DNA of 64,000 nucleotides. Origin: Methanoregula sp. (lineage in GTDB: Archaea > Halobacteriota > Methanomicrobia > Methanomicrobiales > Methanospirillaceae). This document shows positions 39,768 through 50,129 of this stretch, one piece after another (the first letter of the stretch is position 1; each line of letters begins with the position of its first letter). Position numbers and translations under genes: made by a program. The stretch covers positions 3,747 through 67,746 of the forward strand of contig JAUYTV010000017.1 of NCBI GenBank assembly GCA_030694985.1. The letters run 5' to 3'. The notes beneath the pieces were generated by a model that saw only the letters and a list, made by a program, of their open reading frames with translations, made no database searches and was not told where the DNA came from.

Positions 39768-40994
39768 TCACTTGTTGATATGCACAACCTTTGCCGGAGG
39801 AAACCCATTGAAGTACGTGGATGAGGCATGGGAATAGGCTCCGATATTTTCTGAATAGACGAGATCGCCAATATCAAGGTCGGGCAACTCTGCAGAGAGC
39901 GTGATGGTATCAAAAGCATCACATGTCGGACCAAAGACTGCAGATATATGAGTCTCTCCTTCTTTAAATGGCAGGACCGGGTAATTGCTGTGGTCAAAAA
40001 CCTGGCCGGAATACGTGTGGTAGACGCCGTCGTTGATGTAATAGCAGGGTTTTTTATCGCGGAATGCCTTTCCTACAACTTTTGCAACAACTGAGCATGC
40101 ATTTGCAACAAGGAAGCGGCCGGGTTCTGCAAGGATTTGCATATCTTTTGGAAACAACCGTTTAATCTCAGCAGTCAGTTGTTTTGCAAGGATCTTAAAT
40201 GACTTGACCTCCGGGTTATATTTCACAGGAAAACCGCCTCCGATGTCAAGTATCCTCAGTTTCTTTGCCGTTCGTGTCTCAACCTCATTGATGATATCTG
40301 CTGAGAGTTGCAGGGCCTGGACATAGTTCTCGAAATTGGTGCACTGGCTGCCGACATGGAAGCTGATGCCTTCTACTACGAGTCCCATGTCAAAGGCAGC
40401 AACGATCAGGTCAACTGCCTCACCCGGGTGGGCGCCGAATTTTGATGATAGTTCCACAAGGGATCCGGTATTTGGTACCCTAATCCTGAGTATGAGTCCC
40501 GCATGAGGTGCATGCTGTTGGAGTTTTTTGAGTTCTTCAATATTATCGAACGTGACTAACGGGTTGTATTTATCGAGCGCTTCTAACGTCTCTATTGGCT
40601 TAATGGTATTTGCATAGATTATTTTATCCCAGATCCAGTCCTGTCGTTCCTTTGCAGGCATTTTCCGGATATTTTCATAGACGATCATGAACTCCGGCAT
40701 CGATGCAACATCGAAACTGCTGCCCATCTCAAACAGGGTCTTGACAATCTCCTTATTAGAATTCGCTTTTACCGCAAAATAGACCTGAACTTTTGGAAGA
40801 TTCTCCCGGAATTCCCGGTAATTATCCCGCAGTTTTTCGTGATCAATGACAAAGATGGGGGTACCCTGCTCACTTGCAAGGTTCTGCAAGAGTTCCTTTC
40901 TTGCATCGCTGATATGATGAACCCCGTCTTGTGTCACTTTCTTCTTTCTCTTCTTCTTTGCATCGACTGCTATTTTTGTCATTACATGATTCAT
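39768..40994 (-). CDS. type III (alanine-racemase fold) PLP decarboxylase, ornithine/lysine decarboxylase-like
   Basis: FAVKAN, HVGSQ, DIGGGF, EPGRF, GPTCD, GAY motifs. Confidence 0.92.
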   Translation of the reverse strand: MNHVMTKIAVDAKKKRKKKVTQDGVHHISDARKELLQNLASEQGTPIFVIDHEKLRDNYREFRENLPKVQVYFAVKANSNKEIVKTLFEMGSSFDVASMPEFMIVYENIRKMPAKERQDWIWDKIIYANTIKPIETLEALDKYNPLVTFDNIEELKKLQQHAPHAGLILRIRVPNTGSLVELSSKFGAHPGEAVDLIVAAFDMGLVVEGISFHVGSQCTNFENYVQALQLSADIINEVETRTAKKLRILDIGGGFPVKYNPEVKSFKILAKQLTAEIKRLFPKDMQILAEPGRFLVANACSVVAKVVGKAFRDKKPCYYINDGVYHTYSGQVFDHSNYPVLPFKEGETHISAVFGPTCDAFDTITLSAELPDLDIGDLVYSENIGAYSHASSTYFNGFPPAKVVHINK

Positions 40995-42500
40995 TCATTG
41001 CACAAATAAGAAGTTTTTGAATTGCCAGACATCTTCCCAATCATAGTCATTCTCCGGATTTTCTTTAAAGTAGACAGTACGGTTTTTTAAAGGAGTCCAG
41101 TCTGAAGCGTTGGAGTAGAATTCGCCAAGATATGGCCTTGCAATGTCTAATACAAATTCATGGGGCAGATCATCGGGAAGGCAAAAACCACGCTTGGGGT
41201 TTTCTATCATCCACATGACTGCAGTAACAACGCCCAGACCAACCTGAACTGTCGTTGCATTCTGACCGGGTGCAAGGGTCTTTGCCTCCTCAATAGAGAG
41301 GATGCTTCCCGTCCACCAGGAATTATAGGGATGTCCCATCAGGAGCGCGCCTAATGCATCCGAACCGCTGATAATTTCACGGTCATTTAAGATCCGCAAC
41401 TTCGGCTGCAATTCATAATTCCTGCCGCGCAGCTCATGGAGCGAGGCAATGGTTGCATCACAGGGCTGGTATGCGTAGTGAACGGTTGGCCGGTAAATTG
41501 CCGCGCCGTCCTTCCAGACCGTCCAGCGATCTGAAATACCAAATGCTTCGCCATGCCGTATGACCATTCCCACGATCTCGTTGTGAGGAAGCCATGAGCG
41601 TACCCATGTATTAATTCCCATCTTTGCAAGCAGGATCTCGTTCTTTGGTCCAACGGGAGGAATGGTAGATTTATCCGGAAGTACTTTCTCATGTGTCCCC
41701 CACCCGATCTCTGCCGGAGCAGTTCCTTCTTCCCTGAGTCCTTCAATACACCAGGTTCCAACAAATTCGTCAACGGTTTTGGGTGAACGGGAGATCTGGG
41801 TATCCCTCTCTGAACAGTGGATGACTTTTACACCGGTTTCCATTGCCAGCCCGGCAAAATTCTGTTCCAGGATCAGGTTCTTCATCTTTTCTGGATCCCG
41901 AGTAATGTTGTCAGCAATCATGCGGCGCGCGATATCACAGAGTCCCTGTCGGGCAAAATGCGAGATAAGGCCGGGATTTGCACCGTGATCCACAACACAG
42001 GTAGGACCGTCGTGCCAGTCCTTTGTGAGTTCATGGAGTTTCATCTGACGGAAATACAAGGTCTTTTCATACGGGCTTGCAGTGAACTTCTCGGCATCAG
42101 GATCCCAGGCTTCTACCGATGTGTTCACGTACATAACATTGTGTTCATGACACCACTGCACCAGCTCGCAGCAGTCAATGTTCCATGCAAGATCAATTAA
42201 GAGTCCGCCGTCTGCGAGATATTCCGAAAGTATCTGGTTTAAGTTCTCCTTTGTTACCTTTCTCTTGAAAAAGCGGAGACCCCCTGTTGTCCACGCCTTG
42301 AGATCCTGCGCTTTGTTTATAAAATCAATGATTGTGATATTTTCAAGCGGTATTGTTACATGCCGGAGTAAGATTGGCAGTGTACACTTGGACACTGCTC
42401 CATACCCGATAATTAAAACCTTATTTTTAAACTCCAATCTGACCCCCCGGCTTACATTTCCGAAAACCGGATCTTTACACAGGAATAGGTCATTATACAT
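40995..42500 (-). CDS. hss: homospermidine synthase
   Basis: IIGYGAV, HGANPGLISHF, HCSERDTQ, TWCIEG, HGEAF, VHYAY; stop abuts the decarboxylase start. Confidence 0.88.
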   Translation of the reverse strand: MYNDLFLCKDPVFGNVSRGVRLEFKNKVLIIGYGAVSKCTLPILLRHVTIPLENITIIDFINKAQDLKAWTTGGLRFFKRKVTKENLNQILSEYLADGGLLIDLAWNIDCCELVQWCHEHNVMYVNTSVEAWDPDAEKFTASPYEKTLYFRQMKLHELTKDWHDGPTCVVDHGANPGLISHFARQGLCDIARRMIADNITRDPEKMKNLILEQNFAGLAMETGVKVIHCSERDTQISRSPKTVDEFVGTWCIEGLREEGTAPAEIGWGTHEKVLPDKSTIPPVGPKNEILLAKMGINTWVRSWLPHNEIVGMVIRHGEAFGISDRWTVWKDGAAIYRPTVHYAYQPCDATIASLHELRGRNYELQPKLRILNDREIISGSDALGALLMGHPYNSWWTGSILSIEEAKTLAPGQNATTVQVGLGVVTAVMWMIENPKRGFCLPDDLPHEFVLDIARPYLGEFYSNASDWTPLKNRTVYFKENPENDYDWEDVWQFKNFLFVQ

Positions 42501-42927
42501 GATAAACTGTTGAGCAAATGAAGGAATCAGCGGGGTGTCAGTATGGGAAAAAAGTGCCAGGGAACGGATACTTAAAAAAAAACCGGTTTTAAAAAAAATA
42601 TTACAATTTCTTCTTTATGCCCGGAATTTTTATGAAATCTGCGTCATTACAGATGATCTTTGCTTCAGCAATTTTTTCATTGCTGTCCGGCGTACAGAAA
42701 TCCCCGGCATTATGCTTTTTTGTGCAACTGCGATTTCCGGTCTCATTTCCTTTTGTTGGCCGGGAACCCGTGAGATGCTTGCAGAGATACGAAAAATTCA
42801 TCATACACGTTCAGATCTACTTACACGCGCTGGTACATAAAGTAAAGGTGCCGGCTTTAACTGAATTTTTTTTAGGTTTTTCCTGTCTTGCGTCTTTTAA
42901 GGTGCAAAACCCCTGCTCCGACACTTC

Positions 42928-43409
42928 TCACCGTATTATCAGGAATCCTGCTAGGGTGAGCATCTGTTCAACAGGATCTCATAAGCATTTTTCATCCTGA
43001 ATAGTAATACCGGCAATTTCCCTGTTCCAGAGCCTGCGAAGGTCAGCTTCTACTGTAATGAAATACCGGGAAGCATCCGTCTCCTTTCAACCTTTGTTTC
43101 CTGTGAGTCAAGCACAAGGATACGATAGCAGGAATACTGGCAGCAGAGTTCGGGGCGCGATGTGTGGACAACGCAGACATACTTTTTGTTGCAGATTTTT
43201 CTCAGGAACGGGCAGGCCATCGGCATCAATGAATTGTCATCTTGTAAATGGAATACATCCCGTTTATCCGGGTCTACTGATACGACCCGTTCTTCTCCAG
43301 TGACTGAAAACCGGATACGAAATGAACCGGGGTTCAGCACTTCAATTATTTCGATGATCTCGCCCATGGAACTGCAACAATTCCCGCATTGACGACAGGT
43401 AAATGCCAA
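42928..43409 (-). pseudogene. frameshifted YkgJ-family CxxCxxCC gene
   Basis: CRQCGNCC..CPFL..HTSRPELC; after about 43090 another frame continues SRYFITVEADLRRLWNREIAGITIQDEKCL*DPVEQMLTLAGFLIIR*. Confidence 0.65.
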
Positions 43410-43525
43410 TAGTTACTCCTTCATGCACTTGTTCTGGTGCAAGATACGATATATCCAGCGTTGAGGAAGTAAAAAAAGCGGTTACTTAATTTTATGGCAG
43501 TCCAGATAGTAAGTAGGTGATTTTT

Positions 43526-43708
43526 TTGTCAAAACGGGCAGTTGACATGACATTCCAGGCACTTTTTACTCTTACTGATCTCAGGGTAATTTTAAGAGAG
43601 ACCGCACCACAGCACGATCTCGATGACAAACAGCAGGTTGAGGCAAAGCGGCTTTTAGAAAATCTCGAACGGCAGGTTGCTTCATTAAAAACGGAGATGC
43701 TGAAATGA
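43526..43708 (+). CDS. small helical protein translationally coupled to pscS
   Basis: GGTGA ribosome-binding site 5 nt before TTG 43526; its TGA overlaps the pscS ATG. Confidence 0.65.
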   Translation: MSKRAVDMTFQALFTLTDLRVILRETAPQHDLDDKQQVEAKRLLENLERQVASLKTEMLK

Positions 43709-44886
43709 GATGCGCGAGTGGTATTGAGGCGCGGCAGGTAGATGAACTTGCAATAAATATCGATCCAATCCAGGCCGGGGGAAGACTCACCGGTGATGCA
43801 ATGAAAGCGGTGATTGCATACGGTGACGGGTACTCGGTGTGTGATAACTGCCGCAAGCCAAACCGGCTTGACTATATCAGCAAACCCCCGATTGCAGAGT
43901 TCCACAAGGATGTTTCTGCATGGTTGAACATGGATTCAGTCCGAACGGTGCCCGGCGCCCGGCGGGGATTTCAGGCAGTTGCTCATACGTATGTTCAGAA
44001 GGGAGATCCGGTTCTGCTCACCTCGCTCTCACACTACACAGAGTTCCTCGCAGTAGAAGGAGCTGGAGGTATTGCGTGCGAAATTCCTGCAAACGACCAG
44101 CATATTGTCACTCCGGATGCCGCTGCTTTAAAGATCGAGGAGGTGAAAAAAAAGTTCGGCAGAGTGCCTGTCCTTGCCTTCATCGATCATGTCGATTACC
44201 AGTATGGAAATATGCATGACATAAAAGTGATTGCAAAGGTCTGCCACCAGTACGATATTCCCGTGCTTTACAATGGTGCCTACACGGTTGGTATCCTGCC
44301 AGTGAACGGCAAGGAACTTGGAGTGGATTTTGTTGTCGGTTCCGGACACAAGAGTATGTCTTCCCCTGCACCGTCCGGTATCCTTGCGGCGACTACAGAA
44401 CGTGCAGCAGAAGTCTTTCGCACAACTTCTATTACCGGGGATGTGACCCAGCGGAAGTTTGGGATCAAGGAACCCGAGATGATGGGCTGCACCTTAATGG
44501 GCGTTACGCTGATTGGGATGATGGCATCTTTTCCTCAGGTTAAAGAGCGCGTGAAACATTTTGAGCGTGAACTTGATAACAACAGGATTGTTGTTGATGC
44601 GCTTCTTTCAGTTGAGGGAACAAAAATCCTCTCAGAGATGCCACGGAAGCACACGCTGACACGGGCAGATACCATCGGTTCATTTGACAAAATAGCAGAA
44701 TCGCACAAGAAACGGGGTTACTACTTCTCAAATGCACTGGAAGAAAAGGGTGTGACTGGAGTAATTCCCGGTGCAACAAAAATCTGGAAGTTCAACACTT
44801 ATGGCATGACAAAGAAGCAGGCAGTGTATCTTGCAGAAGTGTTTGTCGAAATAGCGCAGGAGAATGGTCTCCTGCTACGGGCATAA
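43705..44886 (+). CDS. pscS: O-phosphoseryl-tRNA:Cys-tRNA synthase (SepCysS)
   Basis: INIDPIQAGG, YGDGYSVCDNC, PGARRGF, GSGHKS (PLP Lys), GCTL, KFNTYG. Confidence 0.95.
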   Translation: MRCASGIEARQVDELAINIDPIQAGGRLTGDAMKAVIAYGDGYSVCDNCRKPNRLDYISKPPIAEFHKDVSAWLNMDSVRTVPGARRGFQAVAHTYVQKGDPVLLTSLSHYTEFLAVEGAGGIACEIPANDQHIVTPDAAALKIEEVKKKFGRVPVLAFIDHVDYQYGNMHDIKVIAKVCHQYDIPVLYNGAYTVGILPVNGKELGVDFVVGSGHKSMSSPAPSGILAATTERAAEVFRTTSITGDVTQRKFGIKEPEMMGCTLMGVTLIGMMASFPQVKERVKHFERELDNNRIVVDALLSVEGTKILSEMPRKHTLTRADTIGSFDKIAESHKKRGYYFSNALEEKGVTGVIPGATKIWKFNTYGMTKKQAVYLAEVFVEIAQENGLLLRA

Positions 44887-45027
44887 GGGGCACAGTTTTT
44901 TTTTTAAAAACCCGGCAAATGAATGGTCTGAATTACCGGTATGCTTTAATACCCGATATGTCCCATGTTTCGTTATCCTGACGCGATGACAATGATGACA
45001 GGTAAAAATAGAGCAGGGTGATACCGG

Positions 45028-46506
45028 GTGTTTGAAAAACTGAATCTGAAAAAGACGATCGATGATGAAACCTTTGAAAAACCAATAGGCGACTTAAAAG
45101 AGCGCCTGAGTATTCTCCAGCGGACACTTCGCGATCTCAATATACCTGTCATCATCGTTTTAGAAGGATGGAACGCTGCCGGCATCACCCTTTCCATCCA
45201 CGAAATCATCCAGTCGCTCGATCCCCGTGGTTTCAATCTGCATTCAATTGACAATCCCAGTGATGAAGAAGAGGCACGTCCCTTCCTGTGGAGATTCTGG
45301 CTGCGTATTCCTTCAAACGGAAGGATCGCCATTTTTGCCCGCAGCTGGTACAGCAGGGCACTTGCAGAAAAACTCTCAAGCATTGGTTGGAAAAAATCAA
45401 TGAAAGATAAGGTCAATTCGATCAACAATTTTGAACGACAGTTAGCCGATAATGGAACCGTGATCATCAAATTTTTTTTACACATAAGTAAAGAAGACCA
45501 GAAGATGCGCCTGCTCGTGCGGGAACGAAACCCATTAACCGCATGGTTAGTTACTCCAAAGATCTGGAGTTTCCATCACCACTATGATGCCTATCTTCCA
45601 ATCATCGAAGAGTTCATTGAAAATACAGATGCCGCATATGCCCCATGGCATGTGATAGAAGCGACTGACCGGAAGTATACCATCTTAAAAATTTACACAA
45701 CTCTTGTAAAAACCCTTGAAAAGAAGGTTGCAGAAGCACAGAGGGGACAATTAAGGAAAAGTAAAACAAAAAGCCTGGTCAAACCCCCAAAAACTCCCGT
45801 CCACCGGAGGACAACTTCCGAATCAACTCATTCCAAGGAAGAATGTCATGATCTGCTCAACAATCTTCAGATCGAGATGCTGGAGCTCCATTACCTTTTA
45901 TTTAAGCGAAAGGTCCCGTTCATTATCGTTTACGAGGGGTGGGATGCTGCAGGAAAGGGTGGAAATATCATGAGAGTTGCCCGGTACATGAATCCTTTGG
46001 GATATGATGTGATTCCTGTTGCTGCACCAAACCAGAATGAAAAACAACATCACTATCTCCGGCGATTCATCAAGCATTTCCCCAGCGCAGGTCACATTGC
46101 CATTTACGATCGCAGCTGGTATGGCAGGGTGCTTGTCGAACGGGTGGAAGGGTTCTGTTCCGAGAACGAATGGCAGCGGGCGTACCAGGAGATCAATGAG
46201 ATGGAGCAGGATTATGTGGAGAGCAGTGGCGGCGGGATGTTAAAGTTCTGGTTAGAGATTGACAAAGACGAACAGCTCAAACGGTTCAAACAGCGGGAAA
46301 ATGATTCTCTCAAGCAATACAAGATCACTGAAGAGGACTGGCGGAATCGTGAGAAATGGGATCTGTACGATGATGCAGTTGATGAGATGCTGGCAAGGAC
46401 CAATACCCCGTATGCCCCGTGGGTTGTGATCGAATCCGATGACAAATGGTATGCCAGGGTCAAAGCATTGAAAATGGTTATTAATAATATTGAAAAACTT
46501 CTCTGA
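45028..46506 (+). CDS. ppk2: two-domain polyphosphate kinase 2 (polyphosphate:AMP phosphotransferase-like)
   Basis: Domain 1 EGWNAAG/ARSWY; domain 2 EGWDAAGKGG/DRSWYGRVLVERVEG; KITEEDWRNREKW. Confidence 0.92.
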   Translation: MFEKLNLKKTIDDETFEKPIGDLKERLSILQRTLRDLNIPVIIVLEGWNAAGITLSIHEIIQSLDPRGFNLHSIDNPSDEEEARPFLWRFWLRIPSNGRIAIFARSWYSRALAEKLSSIGWKKSMKDKVNSINNFERQLADNGTVIIKFFLHISKEDQKMRLLVRERNPLTAWLVTPKIWSFHHHYDAYLPIIEEFIENTDAAYAPWHVIEATDRKYTILKIYTTLVKTLEKKVAEAQRGQLRKSKTKSLVKPPKTPVHRRTTSESTHSKEECHDLLNNLQIEMLELHYLLFKRKVPFIIVYEGWDAAGKGGNIMRVARYMNPLGYDVIPVAAPNQNEKQHHYLRRFIKHFPSAGHIAIYDRSWYGRVLVERVEGFCSENEWQRAYQEINEMEQDYVESSGGGMLKFWLEIDKDEQLKRFKQRENDSLKQYKITEEDWRNREKWDLYDDAVDEMLARTNTPYAPWVVIESDDKWYARVKALKMVINNIEKLL

Positions 46507-46623
46507 TTTTTTTTAATTCGAAAAACCGCAGAAGAGTCCCAACGGTTTTTACCCTGCAATATTATCATTACCGGATAGTCAACATCCCCATAGAAAATCT
46601 TTCAGTAATTGGGTATGCAGAAA

Positions 46624-47835
46624 TCATTTTCCCGAAACAATCTCACTATTCAATGCAGTCACATACTGCAATTCCGTGCACGCTTGTGTGACGAGGGTAT
46701 CGATATCCATCTTCTGCTCGCATTCCCGTATAACTTCGAGTACTGCTGCAGTTGCTGGCATCTTTGGTACCGCCCGGCAGGCAAGATCTCCCGGGTGCGT
46801 ATCAAATGTCCCTATGCGGCGGGCCAGGGTGATGATCTCTTCCTTGTCGTACGTGATGAGCGGGCGCAGCACCGGCACAGTCACTCCTTTAGAAATCACC
46901 GAAAGGTTGGTGAGTGTCTGGGATGCAACCTGCCCGAGATTTTCACCGGTAATTATTGCGAGTGCCCCCTCGTGTTCCATGAGCCGGGCGGCAACCTGCA
47001 CCATAAAACGTTTGCAGATTACGCACCGGTATCTCGGGGGGATACGGAGTTCCTGCATCCGGTCATACAAGGGCTCGCTGTTTGCAATCACCATCATGAG
47101 CGGATTACCGGCACACCAGCGCGAGAGTCTTTTATGATTTTCTATAGCCGCACTCTTCACATCACTTCCTGCCCAACGCCCGCCATCAAGATGCAGGTGG
47201 GTAATCTCACACCCGCGTTTCATGGCAAGCCAGGATGCAACCGGTGAATCAATGCCAGATGAGAGTAAGACAAGTGCTCTTCCCTGTGTTCCTGATGGTA
47301 ATCCACCGGGAGCTGTAATCCGGGAATCATACACCAGACCGCCAAAATCCCGCACTTCAACAAAAATCTCATAGTCGGGGTTATCCAGATCAACAGAAAG
47401 TTTCGGGATATGCTCATAGATGGCTGATCCGATCCGCGCACCCAACTCCTGGCTGTCGAGCCCGCTCTTCTGCTGGCGTTTTGCCCGGACAGCAAAACTC
47501 ATGCCCGATGACAGGTGCGCTGATGCAAGCGCAACTGCTTCTGCGCAGAGATCATCGATATGACTGCTGGTCTTTGTACAGATGCTTACATCAACAAGAC
47601 CAAAAATACGCGACACGATATCTGCAATCTTTTCGGGGTCATCGCCAAAGATAAGGATGCGTCCCCGTGGTGTTTCGTAATGGCTGCGTATCCCTGAAGC
47701 GGTGAGTGCTTTTCCAATGTTTCGTAAGAGCAGTCCGATAAAATGATGTTTCACAGGTTCACTTTTTAAAAAAAGCTCGCCGTATCTTACCATAACCAGC
47801 CGCTTTAAACTGCCCTTGTCCACTACGGTTTGCAT
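46624..47835 (-). CDS. thiI: tRNA 4-thiouridine synthase ThiI (no rhodanese domain)
   Basis: VRYGELFLKS, THUMP domain, LLSSGIDSPVA PP-loop, GENLGQVASQT. Confidence 0.95.
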   Translation of the reverse strand: MQTVVDKGSLKRLVMVRYGELFLKSEPVKHHFIGLLLRNIGKALTASGIRSHYETPRGRILIFGDDPEKIADIVSRIFGLVDVSICTKTSSHIDDLCAEAVALASAHLSSGMSFAVRAKRQQKSGLDSQELGARIGSAIYEHIPKLSVDLDNPDYEIFVEVRDFGGLVYDSRITAPGGLPSGTQGRALVLLSSGIDSPVASWLAMKRGCEITHLHLDGGRWAGSDVKSAAIENHKRLSRWCAGNPLMMVIANSEPLYDRMQELRIPPRYRCVICKRFMVQVAARLMEHEGALAIITGENLGQVASQTLTNLSVISKGVTVPVLRPLITYDKEEIITLARRIGTFDTHPGDLACRAVPKMPATAAVLEVIRECEQKMDIDTLVTQACTELQYVTALNSEIVSGK

Positions 47836-47987
47836 ATTCTTATCAACTATTGATATTCAAGAGAGATAACCATTGGCGGGGATGTGCCGGCATTTTTTGT
47901 GGATTTTTTTCATCTTTTTATAGATCGGGAACCTGCCGGTTTTTTACTGAAAAAGAGTACTGACAACGAAATCATTTAATCAGGAGA

Positions 47988-48638
47988 ATGAAAATGTGTA
48001 CTTCAATGGCGAAAAAGGCGAGCAAAAAAATCGAACCCGAACCGTTGAAGTTGTTTTACATTTTTTACAACCAGGAGCGCTGGGACAACTGGGTAAAAAC
48101 TCTTACGGAAGCGAGTTTTGAAGCAGATCCAAAGAGCGAGGAGCTGCCCGAAGGGTTCCGGATACTAGACGGATTTTCAGTTGATATCACGGTATCGGTC
48201 CTAAAGATCATCAAGCTCTACCAGAACAAGCGGTACACTTTTGAAGAGGCAGTTGACAAGCTCTCGGAGGTTGAAGCAATTGTGATGTCACCTGCCCCTG
48301 TTGGCGATGTTGGCGAACTCATTGAGCTCCTCCAGCTTCCAAAACTGGCTCTCTTTGCCTCCTGCAGGCTCTATCTTGCCGGTGGTTTTGACAAAGATAT
48401 CAAGGCGCTTGTTAAAAAAGGCAAGGCTGAAGGAGAAAAGGATATGGAAAAGGCGCTTGCTACGGTATCAAATATTGGTGCTGCTGTCATTGACGGGGCA
48501 GCCTGCTGCAGCAAATATGTCAAAGAGGATCTCGAACAGACCTCACTCTTTGATGAATGGCTAATCGAGTGCGAGCGGATGGGCGAAGCAATGGTTTCGT
48601 TAAAGAACTTCGATGAATCCACCGGAGACGAGGATTGA
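47988..48638 (+). CDS. DUF2150-like conserved methanogen protein
   Basis: FYNQERWDNW motif, acidic helical protein; family recognised from memory. Confidence 0.7.
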   Translation: MKMCTSMAKKASKKIEPEPLKLFYIFYNQERWDNWVKTLTEASFEADPKSEELPEGFRILDGFSVDITVSVLKIIKLYQNKRYTFEEAVDKLSEVEAIVMSPAPVGDVGELIELLQLPKLALFASCRLYLAGGFDKDIKALVKKGKAEGEKDMEKALATVSNIGAAVIDGAACCSKYVKEDLEQTSLFDEWLIECERMGEAMVSLKNFDESTGDED

Positions 48639-49087
48639 TCGCTGACCGGGCACGGTTCCGGAATGCAAAAAAAATAGAGCGGATCACCGGCTATCGCCTT
48701 CCCGAGCTTGCATTTTCCGGTACCATGCTCGAAGCTCTTTGCTCGCGCCTGGATTATGATTCACTGGATTTTGGCGTAAGAGACCAGATCTTATCATTTT
48801 TTAATGATTTTCTGCGCTGCAATTGTAAGGATTCGCCTCTCTGCGGATGCCCGGAAAAAAAGTTTTCAAAACGAGTTATTGAGCTCCGGGAGAACGGGCT
48901 TGACCACCGGCAGATCGCAGTTTATCTGCAGGATGAGTATGGAATAGAATTATTTCCCGCAGATATTCTTTCGTTTTTAGAAGAGTCTGTGCACGTGCTC
49001 GAAGCAATGTCAGATGTTGCACGGTTGCAGGGACAAGGGGATCTGGCAAAAAAAACTGATGAGCACATACAGCTTATTGAGCGGTAA
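48635..49087 (+). CDS. conserved archaeal hypothetical protein (DUF5814-like)
   Basis: CNCKDSPLCGCPEKKFS, YGIELFPAD; overlaps the upstream stop. Confidence 0.7.
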   Translation: MIADRARFRNAKKIERITGYRLPELAFSGTMLEALCSRLDYDSLDFGVRDQILSFFNDFLRCNCKDSPLCGCPEKKFSKRVIELRENGLDHRQIAVYLQDEYGIELFPADILSFLEESVHVLEAMSDVARLQGQGDLAKKTDEHIQLIER

Positions 49088-49384
49088 TTTTTGGGATTTC
49101 CGGTATAAGCAATTCTATTGGGTGAACGGATGTTGCTGCATCTCGGGAAATCGTGCTATTTTTTAGGGAAATAATGTGTTGAGCATTTCCAAATAGGGAA
49201 TTGCGGGAGGTCTAAAAGATATTACTACCGCAAATTCTTCATATTCCCATTCCCGTAATCAACTTAACAATCTGCTGAGCTGTCACCGGGTCTAGGACTT
49301 GAGCCTTGACTAGCACCTCCATCGAGATAAACAGCGTCCAGAACACTTTCTTGACCTGCTCGTTCTTCCCGCACGCCTCTCCTT

Positions 49385-49678
49385 TTAACAGTGCTCGCAG
49401 AGATTTATGCCCGCCTCGCGATCGATCCACACAGCTTTCACAATCCCGCAGCCCGGGCACTTCTTAATATCCGCCGTCACCCGCGTGCATCGGGAAACAT
49501 CTACAGCCGGGGGCAGCGGGACCGAAGCGGTCTATTCTGTTTTCACCGCCTCATTGAAACACGAGCAGCAGATCCGGCGAGCCTTCTGTGGGTTCCTGGG
49601 CCGGGCCCGGCGCTCTTTACTATATTTTCCCATATACCAGGAGCCTTTCTCCTTGTAGACATAACACGCAGTCTTCGG
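49385..49678 (-). pseudogene. Cys-knuckle gene fragment of a tRNA-adjacent mobile-element relic
   Basis: ..RRICCSCFNEAVKTE*TASVPLPPAVDVSRCTRVTADIKKCPGCGIVKAVWIDREAGINLCEHC*; in-frame TAG at 49532-49534. Confidence 0.5.
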
Positions 49679-49730
49679 CTATGGGATCTCGAATTTTTTG
49701 TAATCACATGTCCGGATGGATCGGTCCTGT

Positions 49731-49931
49731 TTTGCTGCAGGAGCGTTCGTTTGCTGCACGTTTGCTGCAATTGCAGCAATCAATCGGGCAACGAAGAGGT
49801 GTGTGTTTTTCGATCCGGTCGTTTTTGGCAGAGATCGATTTTCGTTTGCTGCAATTGTGGAATTATGGAGACACTGAGATGTGTCCGGATCTGCTTGCTG
49901 AGTAGCAGTATAATTCCGGTTTTGCAGCAAA
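49731..49931. repeat. cluster of six TTGCTGCA motifs (direct and inverted), iteron-like
   Basis: Copies at 49731, 49750, 49761, 49845 (direct) and 49771, 49921 (inverted); perfect 18-bp palindrome TTGCTGCAATTGCAGCAA at 49762-49779. Confidence 0.8.
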
Positions 49932-50129
49932 TCACCTTCACTTAATACAGAATTATTATCAAATCAGTACCATTGCAGGAAACGGAGGCACCGGTGTTTT
50001 GGCCAACTCAGTCCTGACTGGATGAAAAGAGCTGCTTGTAAACTACTGGGCGACCGGGTAAGTCATATACGAGTGTCTGATTGAAGCGGTTTAAAAAGAG
50101 AACTGAACGATTCGCACTTCGCGTCCAGA

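Noticed and set aside
42535-43000. Small ORFs or a riboswitch upstream of hss
   Set aside because: The ORFs lack recognisable features and I could not identify a conserved RNA structure by eye; an Rfam/Infernal scan would settle it
49391-49945. 184-aa Cys-rich plus-strand ORF
   Set aside because: Its CC/CxC motifs arise from the TGCTGCA repeats, and the minus strand gives the more protein-like relic
49090-50129. attL/attR duplication of the tRNA-Leu 3' end
   Set aside because: No second copy of TGCGAGGGATGGGATTCGAAC was found in the window
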